In this document: positions 18,753 through 28,347 of the stretch, one piece after another
Layout of the letters: each line of letters begins with the position of its first letter
How positions within the stretch are numbered: the first letter of the stretch is position 1
Virus record (IMG/VR): IMGVR_UViG_3300038492_000258
Coordinates: 1 to 44,994 of that record
Length of the DNA: 44,994 nt
Direction: 5' to 3' (one strand)
From: a virus
Taxonomy: Duplodnaviria; Heunggongvirae; Uroviricota; Caudoviricetes
Made by a program: the position numbers and the translations under genes
The notes under the pieces: model-generated
What the model was told of the DNA's origin: nothing
Database searches by the model: none
What the model saw: the letters and a program-made list of their open reading frames with translations, nothing else

Positions 18753-19084
18753 TACTCTAGTTCCCGATCATATCCTACCCGTTCAGACACAATATTAAAC
18801 TTGCGAGCAATAGCTGCCTGTAAATCAATACCCTGACGAGCACACAATAAATCTAGATAAGTTACAACGTCAGCAATTTCGTCTCCTAATTGCTGTTGCC
18901 AATAAGGATCTGGAGAAAGCCCCATTGTTTCAGCACGATTAATTTTCTTGGCAACGTTGGCAGCCTCTCCCATTTCTCCAGCGGCGGCACCTGCCCACTC
19001 TAGAACGTTCCATCGCTCCAAGGGAAAGAATTTGTCTTCGGAACGTTCGACGTTTAACTCGCGAAGTCTTTGTAAAAAGTCCAT
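18752..19084 (-). CDS. MazG-like nucleotide pyrophosphohydrolase
   Basis: GEMGEAANVAKK...LGDEIADV...GIDL..AI..KFN (ExxE...ExxD). Confidence 0.85.
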   Translation of the reverse strand: MDFLQRLRELNVERSEDKFFPLERWNVLEWAGAAAGEMGEAANVAKKINRAETMGLSPDPYWQQQLGDEIADVVTYLDLLCARQGIDLQAAIARKFNIVSERVGYDRELE

Positions 19085-20148
19085 TATAGTCTTCCTTGTC
19101 CATGCGGGCGACCTTCAGCGGCACCAGCCGCCGAAATTTCTACCCACTCTGCACGTTCTCGAATTTGTTGTAAATTATTGGCTCCGCAATAAGTCATACC
19201 ACTACGAATACCACCCATAAGATCACTAATTACATTTTCCACTGGGCCTTTGGCGTCTACCCTGATCTCCACCCCTTCGGCAGCCTTCCATTCGGCCATA
19301 CTGCCCATGAAATCATCTTGAGCTTCCTTAGACGCCATGCCACGGAATAATTTATAACGATTTACGTTCATCACGCCGCTACGCTGACCACTTTTACTGT
19401 CTTCATATCGGAAGGTGCTTTCGTCCACTTCTTCAATAATTTCGCCCGGAGTCTCATTCGTGCCAGCCAGCATTCCGCCCAGCATAATTGCGTCGGCTCC
19501 GGCCACAAACGCCTTCACTGCATCTCCAGGAGTACGGATACCGCCATCAGCAATCTTAAACACATTAACCCGTGAGCATTCCTGGATCGCCGTAAATTGT
19601 GGAATACCAAATCCTGTCTTGATACGCGTAGTACAAACACTGCCGGGTCCGACGCCAATCTTGATGGCGTCCGCACCCACGGAGCTTAAGTACTCTGCAC
19701 CGGTACGTGTACACACGTTACCAGCAATCACAAACGTGTCTGGATATGCTTCCTTAATCTGCTTAACAAGCTCGCCCACAGCCCGCGAATGTCCGTGAGC
19801 AATATCGATACAAAAATAACGAGCACCTACTTCGTAAAGGGCCGACACGCGATCTAGCCCCTCATTGACACCTAACGAAATAATTGTGTCATATCCTCTT
19901 GAATTGAGAATGCTAAACATGCCTCTATTATCTTCAATAGAGCAGAAACGATGAAGGACTCCCAGACCACCCAGATTATTCATCTCGGCAGCCATGTCTA
20001 CACCCGTGACCGTATTCATATTAGCAGAGAACACAGGAATTTCCAGTTTTAACTCACCAAACTCAACGCTGGTATCTGGGTTTTTCCTGCTAGCGATATT
20101 GTTAAATCGTGGAACTAATTGAATGTCATCAAAAGATAAAGCTCTCAT
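19084..20148 (-). CDS. IMPDH/GMP reductase family protein without CBS domains, probably GMP reductase
   Basis: SANM, DIAHGHS, AGNV, GVGPGSVCTTR, IADGGI, MLGGMLAG, FRGMAS. Confidence 0.9.
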   Translation of the reverse strand: MRALSFDDIQLVPRFNNIASRKNPDTSVEFGELKLEIPVFSANMNTVTGVDMAAEMNNLGGLGVLHRFCSIEDNRGMFSILNSRGYDTIISLGVNEGLDRVSALYEVGARYFCIDIAHGHSRAVGELVKQIKEAYPDTFVIAGNVCTRTGAEYLSSVGADAIKIGVGPGSVCTTRIKTGFGIPQFTAIQECSRVNVFKIADGGIRTPGDAVKAFVAGADAIMLGGMLAGTNETPGEIIEEVDESTFRYEDSKSGQRSGVMNVNRYKLFRGMASKEAQDDFMGSMAEWKAAEGVEIRVDAKGPVENVISDLMGGIRSGMTYCGANNLQQIRERAEWVEISAAGAAEGRPHGQGRL

Positions 20149-20837
20149 CGTACTGGTCCTATCTGAGTAAGTACTTGGGCATGCTCCGCATTGGGAATAT
20201 TATTTTCGTCATAAATAGCACCAACAAATTCAGTACCATTACGAATCGTAGGAAACGATTTAGCTTGCGGCTCCAAACTAAAGAATTCGTCATGCACCAT
20301 AGAGTTGTTTACAACTCTCGGATAAATTTCTGCCTTCAAAAAGTCTTGATCTGTTTGCCAGCGATCTTCTTGATTCCAAGCCAACATTAGATCAAAAAAC
20401 TCAGGTACTGCACCCTTTTTCATGCCCCACATGCCACCAAGAATTTGTGTGGCGTGATAAGGATGATCTCTCATAATATGAAAACCCGCCGTACTTGCAA
20501 GCCACTCATCTACGGCGGCAGCTTCTCTCGCCGAAAGGCGAGAATCACAATCTCGCACAATTAACACATCAATCTCGGGCAACATTTCAAAACGCCAAAA
20601 CATTCCACGCCAGTCGCCAATTGCCATCTTACCGTCGTCAGGATCTATCCGATGAAAGACACGCACATAATCAAATTCACCAAGTGCATGATGCACATAA
20701 TTAGGAACTTGGCTATCTACATGAAAATGACATTCCCATCCAGGATACACCTCGCCCGCCAAACGGGCGTTCTCAATTGCTCCCTGGCAATATTTGGGGT
20801 CATTCCCCCATAAGGAAAAACTGATCACCTTCTTCAT
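20145..20837 (-). CDS. Putative glycosyltransferase-like protein (DxD)
   Basis: ISFSLWG...Y...YPGW...MFWRF...RDCDSR...HIMRDHP.H...GGMWG...DQDFL. Start moved to 20837. GT role is inference. Confidence 0.55.
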   Translation of the reverse strand: MKKVISFSLWGNDPKYCQGAIENARLAGEVYPGWECHFHVDSQVPNYVHHALGEFDYVRVFHRIDPDDGKMAIGDWRGMFWRFEMLPEIDVLIVRDCDSRLSAREAAAVDEWLASTAGFHIMRDHPYHATQILGGMWGMKKGAVPEFFDLMLAWNQEDRWQTDQDFLKAEIYPRVVNNSMVHDEFFSLEPQAKSFPTIRNGTEFVGAIYDENNIPNAEHAQVLTQIGPVR

Positions 20838-21093
20838 CTTCACCCTCAAGTTCTTCTACCATTAGTAGAGATTGAGTCACAAGATCTTCAACCTCTTCTC
20901 GGGAAATATTCTGAAACGCAGTGATTCCTTTATCTCTGTCTTCAAAGTAAGGAGCTACACGCAGTTCAATATCATCGTGCCAAAAACGAAACACGGTACA
21001 AATACCATCTATTTCGTCTTCTGGTGTAGCCAGATAGACAACAACATCGTGCCCTAATACGTCTTCAAAAATTCTAGCGTTATTCCGTTGCAT
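20800..21093 (-). CDS. Hypothetical acidic protein
   Basis: ATG 21093, 1 nt after upstream stop. Confidence 0.62.
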   Translation of the reverse strand: MQRNNARIFEDVLGHDVVVYLATPEDEIDGICTVFRFWHDDIELRVAPYFEDRDKGITAFQNISREEVEDLVTQSLLMVEELEGEDEEGDQFFLMGE

Positions 21094-21094
21094 A

Positions 21095-21523
21095 TTAAGC
21101 CTCGTACTTACAAACGATTGCCCTAGGGGCGATTCCATCGATTATTTCGGCAACCCTACTCCAGTCACCACCACCAAGACCACAGCCAATACCATAGGGA
21201 ATATAAAGGGGTAACTCTAGAATGCCCGCAATATTGTAAACTTTATATAAAGCACGCTCTAATGCTCCGTAGTCAGTGTGCTGCTTATCTCTACCATAAT
21301 CAAACTGGCCAGCTAAATTGGCAACATAAAAATCACCAGCCACAGACACAAGCTGTACTTCGCCAAGATTCCAGGAAAGTTTTGTAACATAGAGATCGTA
21401 AACCTCTGGCCATCGTTCACGAATTGCTTTCGCTAGTCCGCTGCCCATCACCCCCTGGCAATTCACCTGCTGACAAATGATTCCCGTCGTCACTCCCAGT
21501 AAGTCTCTTTCTTCGATACGCAT
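21095..21523 (-). CDS. Macrodomain protein (ADP-ribose hydrolase-like)
   Basis: DLL...IICQQVNCQGVMGSGLAKAI...ANLAGQ...PYGIGCGLGGGDW. Confidence 0.9.
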   Translation of the reverse strand: MRIEERDLLGVTTGIICQQVNCQGVMGSGLAKAIRERWPEVYDLYVTKLSWNLGEVQLVSVAGDFYVANLAGQFDYGRDKQHTDYGALERALYKVYNIAGILELPLYIPYGIGCGLGGGDWSRVAEIIDGIAPRAIVCKYEA

Positions 21524-21710
21524 CAAACGCCTTATCTGCCTTGTTGGTCGGTAATAATTTTCGAATTTCTATCATGACTTCGCGACCAAAAGTCGCAAGC
21601 CAATCTTCAAATTGTTCTCTATCGTCTTGAGATGCGGCCAGCAATCGTCCACCAACATTGCGAACAATATCCTGTGCTGCGGCCTTGATATCATCATTTA
21701 CTGAGGACAT
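21417..21710 (-). CDS. Hypothetical protein
   Basis: Fills gap; 3' end overlaps the macrodomain gene by 107 nt. Confidence 0.55.
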   Translation of the reverse strand: MSSVNDDIKAAAQDIVRNVGGRLLAASQDDREQFEDWLATFGREVMIEIRKLLPTNKADKAFDAYRRKRLTGSDDGNHLSAGELPGGDGQRTSESNS

Positions 21711-22806
21711 TGCTATACATTCTCTCTAGCTTGTCAGTCACGCAAGAAGCTTCAAAGTCCCGCATAGCACGACGACGAGCATCACGGCCGAAATGTTCTC
21801 GTACGTCTGGCCGCAAGGCCAGTTGTTCCATTACTTTTCCATAAGCCGTATCATCATTGATTGGCACACAGAATCCACCATTCTCAATAATCTCAGATTG
21901 ACCATTATAGATAGGAGAATGATGGGAAAGAATCGGAAGTCCATGCATCATGGCTTCTTGAATATTACACGGGCAACACTCACCATCCTGACGAGCGTGA
22001 GCGTAGAAATCAAGCCCATGATAGAAGGCCGACAGTTCATCGTCTGCAATAATAGGATCTAAGAAATGAACTCGCTCAATACGCTGTCGATCCACAACTT
22101 CACGCCACCGCCCACATGGATTTACAACAAGATAATGTAGATTCTCTACTCTACCCTGAATTTTCTTGAATGCATTAAGGGCAATCGGATCAAAGTTATC
22201 TGGTCTACCAACTCGCCCCATTAGTACAGCATCATCTGGCATACCAAACCTACGGAGCAGCCGCTCTCGACACTCTCGTCTATTTTCTTCTGTCATTTCC
22301 AAGACAGGCTGCTCCGTAGGGTTGTATAAAACTGGACCGTCTTGGTTACCAGCATTCAGAGCAGAATTCTTGATGAAGTTAGAAATATAGATGTTATAAT
22401 CGAACTGCCGTGGGTTAGTCGCATCATTGTAGCCAAAGATATTCGTCTCTACAAATTTGGCCCCAGGACAAATACTCTTCATACCCGGCCACTCGGCATA
22501 TCCACTACGATGCATGTGTACAATGTCGGGTTGAATTGCGGCAAGCACCTCTTTTAGGTTAGAGGACTCCGGAATGTAGGGAGGAGTTTTGCCCGATCTG
22601 CCAGGTTCCCACAAATACCCAACAACTCGATCCTCGCCTAGAATATCTTTCATAATGTCTAGACGAGAATTATCATGATTACCTAAACGATACACAATAT
22701 AGGGATCGTAATTACCACGTTGCTTCAGATACTTAGTAAACAATTGGGCCACGCGATCAGTGCCAGCATAACCCACTGTCTTACTGTGATGAACTACCTT
22801 TTTCAC
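21694..22806 (-). CDS. Glycosyltransferase family 4-like (GT-B)
   Basis: GRVGRPD, AHARQDGECCPCNIQEAMMHGLP (EX7E); GTG start. Confidence 0.88.
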   Translation of the reverse strand: MKKVVHHSKTVGYAGTDRVAQLFTKYLKQRGNYDPYIVYRLGNHDNSRLDIMKDILGEDRVVGYLWEPGRSGKTPPYIPESSNLKEVLAAIQPDIVHMHRSGYAEWPGMKSICPGAKFVETNIFGYNDATNPRQFDYNIYISNFIKNSALNAGNQDGPVLYNPTEQPVLEMTEENRRECRERLLRRFGMPDDAVLMGRVGRPDNFDPIALNAFKKIQGRVENLHYLVVNPCGRWREVVDRQRIERVHFLDPIIADDELSAFYHGLDFYAHARQDGECCPCNIQEAMMHGLPILSHHSPIYNGQSEIIENGGFCVPINDDTAYGKVMEQLALRPDVREHFGRDARRRAMRDFEASCVTDKLERMYSNVLSK

Positions 22807-23882
22807 GACAATACAATCTCCCTATAAATTCGTTCTAGCTTGCCAACACATTTTTTAACGTGGTACTCGTTCTCGGCCTTCAGTTGACCCGCTTCCCCCA
22901 TGCTGTCGCGAAGGGACGGACTGTCAATCATTTTCTGCAAAGCGTCTGCATACTGAATATGATCATTTTCGACCACGAAGCCGGTCTTACCGTCGTCCAC
23001 AAGCTCCGTCTGAGATTGAAATACTCCCATTCCAGGAACACTAGGCGTAGCCCAATGAGTTACAACAGGCTTACCGTGCATCATCGCCTCGGCAATATTT
23101 ACACCGAAGGTTTCACCGTCTGCTCTTGCGTGAGCCAAGATATCAATCGTGTTGTAGAAACAACTTAAAATACGAGGATCGACCACAGGATCAATAGTAT
23201 GAAAAGGAACCTCATACTGTCCCAACTCATCTACCATATTTTGTGGAGGAGCTACGGCCAAGAATCGAACTTTATAACCCCGATCAAGCAAAAGTCTTGC
23301 GGCCTTAACATGAACACTATTGTAGATCCCAGGATCAGGTCGACCGCAACGACCTAATACAATCTCATCCTTATCGAATTTGAAATCAATCTTCTCTGAA
23401 GACGCAGGACTCTCAACAGGATTATTAACAAAATCGAAACGCCCCTCACGAAGACCTAAATCGCCAGCTTGTGTCAGCGAATAATTCATGAGCCACTCGC
23501 TCATAAACAAGGTCTTGTCAATATTAGGATTTGAATTAAGGAATCCAAATACGTTCGTCTCAACAAAATGAGGCACTCTAATATTTTGACCAGGCTCTGG
23601 GAATTCAGAAAACCCGCTCCGATAAACATGGAGAATATCAATACCAAACTGTTGAATTACTTGCTGTAACCCACGCTTATCGTTGAGTGCAATCAAATTG
23701 CCACCGGATGCTTTACAGGCAATATGAAACTGCTGCTGTCGGGGATGACGCCCGTCTTTTAGAAACGCAACATGAGATTCAAACTGCGGTGACGAATGCT
23801 CTACGAATAACTGACACGTTTTTTCAGTGCCACCTAAACCTAAACTAGACAGGTAATGCAGTACTTTAATTTTCTCCGCCAT
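22803..23882 (-). CDS. Glycosyltransferase family 4 (GT-B)
   Basis: KVLHYLSSLGLGGTEK, GETFGVNIAEAMMHGKPVV, ELVDDGKTG. Start moved to 23882. Confidence 0.92.
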   Translation of the reverse strand: MAEKIKVLHYLSSLGLGGTEKTCQLFVEHSSPQFESHVAFLKDGRHPRQQQFHIACKASGGNLIALNDKRGLQQVIQQFGIDILHVYRSGFSEFPEPGQNIRVPHFVETNVFGFLNSNPNIDKTLFMSEWLMNYSLTQAGDLGLREGRFDFVNNPVESPASSEKIDFKFDKDEIVLGRCGRPDPGIYNSVHVKAARLLLDRGYKVRFLAVAPPQNMVDELGQYEVPFHTIDPVVDPRILSCFYNTIDILAHARADGETFGVNIAEAMMHGKPVVTHWATPSVPGMGVFQSQTELVDDGKTGFVVENDHIQYADALQKMIDSPSLRDSMGEAGQLKAENEYHVKKCVGKLERIYREIVLS

Positions 23883-24030
23883 TGTCCGTATTAAATAGGT
23901 TTTCAAATTGATCAAAGATCAACTGCATCCATGCCAAAATAACTGCATTAGCCTCTACAACCGAATCATTGCCCTCCAACATAGATTCAATAGTCTTGTT
24001 ACCTTCTGCAATCTTTAATGTAATCTTCAT
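23866..24030 (-). CDS. 54-aa hypothetical protein (not in ORF track)
   Basis: MKITLKIAEGNKTIESMLEGNDSVVEANAVILAWMQLIFDQFENLFNTDNGGEN*; ATGA overlap at start. Confidence 0.62.
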   Translation of the reverse strand: MKITLKIAEGNKTIESMLEGNDSVVEANAVILAWMQLIFDQFENLFNTDNGGEN

Positions 24031-24872
24031 TTCTTACGCCTCTTCCAGTGTTTATTTTGCTGCATGTGAGTCACCCACTCCTCACGTTCTGGGCGACTAT
24101 CAAAGTCTGAAAACTCCTTAGCATGTTTCAGGTGATTTAGAAAATTATGAGGGAAAAACTCTGCAATCGAAGAATATGTTTCCCAATTATTTTCATGCTT
24201 ATTACTGTTCTCGATAGAATCAGAACGCTGCGTATAGATAGTGAGAATCTCTGGTACCGACAACCCATCATATCCTAATGACATGAAGTATAGCCATAGC
24301 CAGTAATCAAACGCAGACCGATACTCGTTCGCCCTAACCTCCATCAAATTCCAATTCAATGAATCAAGGAATTCAGGATCATTCCGCCATACAACTTGTG
24401 GACCACCCCAACATTCTCGACTCATTACTTCCCGATCAAAAGGAGGCTTAACGCCTCCAGCAATCGTCCTACCGTCCACGTCAACAACATGGATTCCAGC
24501 GTATGCAAACCCCATCTTACCAAGTGAGGTTAGCATTGCATCATCAAAAGCTTCACTCATTATTCGGGTAAAGCCCGGATAATGTAGATCATCCGTATTA
24601 CTATTACATACTAATGGAGCAGAAGCTGCCTTCCAGCCTCGCAGCCATGAAGCACCGTACCACTCACGCTGCTCGTAATAAATATATCGCACCCTAGGAT
24701 CCGTTGCTTCCCACTTGCGAGCAATCGCATCATCCGTGCCCGGAGAGTTGGGATTAACAATAATAATTTCAAACTCAGGATCATCCTGACGGTTGATCAA
24801 ATTATGAATATGCCTATCTAAGTAATGACCACTATCATAAGTGGACACAAGATACGAGATTTTAGGAGACAT
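24027..24872 (-). CDS. Glycosyltransferase family 2-like
   Basis: PKISYLVSTY, EIIIVN..S, SNTDD, DYWLWL. Start moved to 24872. Confidence 0.82.
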   Translation of the reverse strand: MSPKISYLVSTYDSGHYLDRHIHNLINRQDDPEFEIIIVNPNSPGTDDAIARKWEATDPRVRYIYYEQREWYGASWLRGWKAASAPLVCNSNTDDLHYPGFTRIMSEAFDDAMLTSLGKMGFAYAGIHVVDVDGRTIAGGVKPPFDREVMSRECWGGPQVVWRNDPEFLDSLNWNLMEVRANEYRSAFDYWLWLYFMSLGYDGLSVPEILTIYTQRSDSIENSNKHENNWETYSSIAEFFPHNFLNHLKHAKEFSDFDSRPEREEWVTHMQQNKHWKRRKK

Positions 24873-25911
24873 CGATATGCATTCCATTATGATAGTGCGA
24901 CATATGCGGTTGTGCTCTCTGAGTCATGCACAACCAAATATTACCATACTCTTCTTCTTTTAAAGCTTTGCTGTAAAACTCATCATCACGCCAATTGCCC
25001 ACAACCTTGCCGCGATCAAAAAGAGCTAACTTTCTATTTTCAAAATAAATTAATTTGATACCTTCTGGATGAGTTCCATCAAACTCTAAAACGGGCTCTG
25101 TACGATCAAACCAATCTTGCATCTTTTGATCAAACTTCTTGTCAGCACCACCGTGCTTCGCAAGTTCGCCTTTGTAATATTCTTGCTTAGCTCGCATAAT
25201 CTCATCCATATTAGCACGAGCGTAGCCATAATGATAAATAAAGAAATCATTCAACATCACACGACGAGCCTGATATTCCGGCGAGAAGTATGTGCAACGT
25301 CCAGCACTATCAGTTACCACAGGATGAGAAACATATTTCATTCCCTGTGTATACTTAAAAACTCTTTGGTGTTGCGGCTGCCACTCTGGACCGGGAACTG
25401 CCAGATGATTAAAGTCACCATAGAAATGCAAAAAATTCGGCACAAATTCACAAGCGTGCGGATTAAGTTCTATAGCCTGCCGCAGTCGCCGGATGTCTTC
25501 TGGACGATAAAGCTCATCTGCATCATTAATGATAATCCAATCACCTGGAAAACAAAGATCAAGAAAGGTCTGTTTAATCTCCTCCAGATGCTCCCAATGT
25601 TTGTTGATTTTAACGAAGGTTACCTTGTTGTCGGGGTCTTGGTTCGCCTTGAACTCCTCGATAATCTCAATCGTGCGATCCGTAGAATGACCGTCTTCAG
25701 TTGCATTGGGCCTATTTTTTACGGCCCCTTCAATGACAATAATTCTATCTACCTCTTTGTAGATAGAAGATAACACAGTGTGTGCGAACTCTTCCTCGTT
25801 ATGCATTTGAATGCATTGTACTAACTTGGGCCGCTTGTTAACCGCTACCGCAATAGATTGCATCTGCGGAACATACATGGCCTGCTGAACATTATTCATC
25901 TTCGAATCCAC
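24862..25911 (-). CDS. Glycosyltransferase family 2-like
   Basis: HNEEEF, IIVIEG...STDRT, IINDADE, IYHYGYA. Confidence 0.8.
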   Translation of the reverse strand: MDSKMNNVQQAMYVPQMQSIAVAVNKRPKLVQCIQMHNEEEFAHTVLSSIYKEVDRIIVIEGAVKNRPNATEDGHSTDRTIEIIEEFKANQDPDNKVTFVKINKHWEHLEEIKQTFLDLCFPGDWIIINDADELYRPEDIRRLRQAIELNPHACEFVPNFLHFYGDFNHLAVPGPEWQPQHQRVFKYTQGMKYVSHPVVTDSAGRCTYFSPEYQARRVMLNDFFIYHYGYARANMDEIMRAKQEYYKGELAKHGGADKKFDQKMQDWFDRTEPVLEFDGTHPEGIKLIYFENRKLALFDRGKVVGNWRDDEFYSKALKEEEYGNIWLCMTQRAQPHMSHYHNGMHIDVS

Positions 25912-26198
25912 CTTCTCCCTTTACCTCGTTGTACTACACCTCTTTCAGAAACACTAGAAAGCGTCGAATCACTATAAAGAGCTTCTGTTGTCTTATCGTT
26001 TGGTGTGCCGATTAATTCAAATGTTACATTCACTTCTCTACTAATGACAACAGGTTGTCGCTGTCCAAATGTATGAGCTGTTTCGGTGGCGAAGTCAATG
26101 TTCAGATTAGTCACTTCAAAACCATATTCTCGCACAACTTCCTTAATGCGAGAAATCATGGCTCCATCCATATTTACATCACGATTAATCGTCCCCAT
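25896..26198 (-). CDS. Hypothetical protein
   Basis: Coupled ORF filling gap. Confidence 0.6.
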   Translation of the reverse strand: MGTINRDVNMDGAMISRIKEVVREYGFEVTNLNIDFATETAHTFGQRQPVVISREVNVTFELIGTPNDKTTEALYSDSTLSSVSERGVVQRGKGRRWIRR

Positions 26199-27420
26199 CT
26201 TTTACTACCTCAAATAATGGAGTACCATCATCCCTACTCCAATTCGCAAAGACGGATTCTAATTGTGGAATAACTTTACTGTGTACGGCTCGATAATCGA
26301 ACACACTCGAAACGGCTTTGGCATTAGCCTGACGTTGCAGAATAGACTCCCACTCCTTCTGATTTTCTTCGTTAAGGACACCCTCACGGGCACCCTTTTT
26401 CAGTAAGTGGAATTTACGCATCAAGAAAGCCATCTCAACTGGTGACGGCTCAAAGCACTGTTCTACCCCAGTAAACAGACCTGGATCAGCATGTGGAATA
26501 TCGTAGAAAAAAGTCGAAGTACCCTGATAAATCAAGGCGTGTTCTTGTCGCACAAAGTCATTCAGACCACCAGCCGTATTGGTGATAACCGTATTGCCGT
26601 GCCCAAGAGCATCAAAAACTGGCAGACACCAACCTTCGGCTCGGGACGAACAAACATAGGCATCGCCTCGTTTATGCAGACCATTAATCTGGTAGTCGGT
26701 CATTGTCTGTACTAACGGAAGAACTGGAGGCAGTTTATCTGTTGGAATACGGCAAGACATTTTGACTCGATTAATGAAATTTTTAATCATCTCCATGTCG
26801 TGAGTTCGGTCTGCCATATTCACGTACGTCTTCAGGACCAATAGCACATCGTCTGGCGTGTCAGCAAACGCAGCGTAATAAGCACGCAACAAAGCATCGA
26901 TACCCTTCTTTTGTGACAACTGACAGATGTTATAAAAGATAGTTCGTTCGCCCGCGTTCTCAATCGGATAAGCCGTATAAGGTTTTTCGTACATCTCTTT
27001 ATCACACGGCACGGCACAAACCAATACTGGCGTAGTCACACCAGAACGAACCATGGCTTCTGCGTTGGCTCGGCAAGATACCATAATAAAATCAAATTCA
27101 TTGGCCTTGGCAACCCAAGCAGCTTGCATGCGATCACTTTCGATAAAAGTATATAAACCGTTGCAAACACCAGGCACTGGCACCGCTTCAATATTGCATG
27201 TGGTCATCTGAATAACCATATCAACATTTTGAATATCTTTACGTAGTAATTCCTCTAGCCACGGCTGAGGCTCGATAGATTTACCACCATCGAGCTTGTC
27301 ATACGTAATCGCTCTAGCCGCAAGATCTAGATTACCTTCATTAAGACACTTTAAGAAAGAACGAGACGCATGAGCAAATCCCGAAAAGTCTTTAAGGGGT
27401 CCACAGAATAGAAGCTTCAT
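26185..27420 (-). CDS. Glycosyltransferase family 4-like (GT-B)
   Basis: SGFAHASR, KKGIDALLRAY, LVLKT, SRAEGWCLPVFDA. Start moved to 27420 (TAATG). Confidence 0.88.
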   Translation of the reverse strand: MKLLFCGPLKDFSGFAHASRSFLKCLNEGNLDLAARAITYDKLDGGKSIEPQPWLEELLRKDIQNVDMVIQMTTCNIEAVPVPGVCNGLYTFIESDRMQAAWVAKANEFDFIMVSCRANAEAMVRSGVTTPVLVCAVPCDKEMYEKPYTAYPIENAGERTIFYNICQLSQKKGIDALLRAYYAAFADTPDDVLLVLKTYVNMADRTHDMEMIKNFINRVKMSCRIPTDKLPPVLPLVQTMTDYQINGLHKRGDAYVCSSRAEGWCLPVFDALGHGNTVITNTAGGLNDFVRQEHALIYQGTSTFFYDIPHADPGLFTGVEQCFEPSPVEMAFLMRKFHLLKKGAREGVLNEENQKEWESILQRQANAKAVSSVFDYRAVHSKVIPQLESVFANWSRDDGTPLFEVVKDGDD

Positions 27421-27647
27421 TATTCTCTTACACCCTCCCATAAGTCGCCCGCCGTCGGACGAACGCTGGTAATTGTATTCATGTTATCTTTCACACGAAT
27501 CCACTGATTCCAAGCCTGAGATCCGTCATTAAAACTAATGATAAATCCGTTGTCTTTTGGTGTTCCCAAGCTGACAAAAATTTCACGCACCGTAAACTCG
27601 TCGCTATTTACTAGAGCGTTAACAAACCTCTTAGCTAACGGCATCAT
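27420..27647 (-). CDS. Hypothetical protein
   Basis: Start likely MMPLAKRF at 27647. Confidence 0.58.
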   Translation of the reverse strand: MMPLAKRFVNALVNSDEFTVREIFVSLGTPKDNGFIISFNDGSQAWNQWIRVKDNMNTITSVRPTAGDLWEGVRE

Positions 27648-28347
27648 TAGAGTCTCCAGTTGTATTACTAGTAAATGTAATACTGCTGCCACCAGTACTA
27701 TCTTCCGAAACAACATCGTCAACGTGCTCAGCACCGTCAAAGAAATTGTAGCTACAAGCCTTCACCTCATTAAGTGAAGAATACTTGGTGGTATTACTAG
27801 ATAGATTTTGCCAGGCCACTTGAGCACCTTGAGGACTAGCTGTATAATTAATGGCCCCTCCTCGGACGATACCCATGCCGCCCGCTGCCGCGAAGGCATC
27901 TTGGTTAGCACCCAGGTATACAAATTGCCAATTTCTTTTCTCAGTTCTTTCTTGAATCAATTCAGCAAGACGCTCTCTAGAGGTTTCTTGACTACAGTTT
28001 TCTTGACCATCTGTAACAATAACAAAGAGCACCTTATCTGGTTTTTCAGAATCACTTAGTTTGGCAAAACGTTGATCTGCTTGTTGAAGACCACGATTCA
28101 CTGAATCTAATAGAGCAGTATTGCCACGAGGCTCATGTTGATACGGCCTAACTAAACTAGCATCCAACCCCTCATACATAACCTCATATTCATGATCAAA
28201 TCGAATTAAAGTAAAATACGTTTCATCACCCTCATTTTGATCAGCAATACGGTCCTGAATATAGTCTGTAAAACCCTTCTCAATCTCTTGAGTCATATTG
28301 CTTGTAGATAAAGAACGATCAATAATAAATGTAATATCTAGTCTCAT
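27631..28347 (-). CDS. von Willebrand factor type A domain protein
   Basis: MIDAS DRSLS, GNTALLD, IVTDGQENCS, FVYLGAN. Confidence 0.88.
   Translation of the reverse strand: MRLDITFIIDRSLSTSNMTQEIEKGFTDYIQDRIADQNEGDETYFTLIRFDHEYEVMYEGLDASLVRPYQHEPRGNTALLDSVNRGLQQADQRFAKLSDSEKPDKVLFVIVTDGQENCSQETSRERLAELIQERTEKRNWQFVYLGANQDAFAAAGGMGIVRGGAINYTASPQGAQVAWQNLSSNTTKYSSLNEVKACSYNFFDGAEHVDDVVSEDSTGGSSITFTSNTTGDSNDAVS

Noticed and set aside
18752-19084. MazZ of a 2-aminoadenine (Z) genome system
   Set aside because: No PurZ or DatZ homolog in the window. It cannot be excluded elsewhere in the genome.
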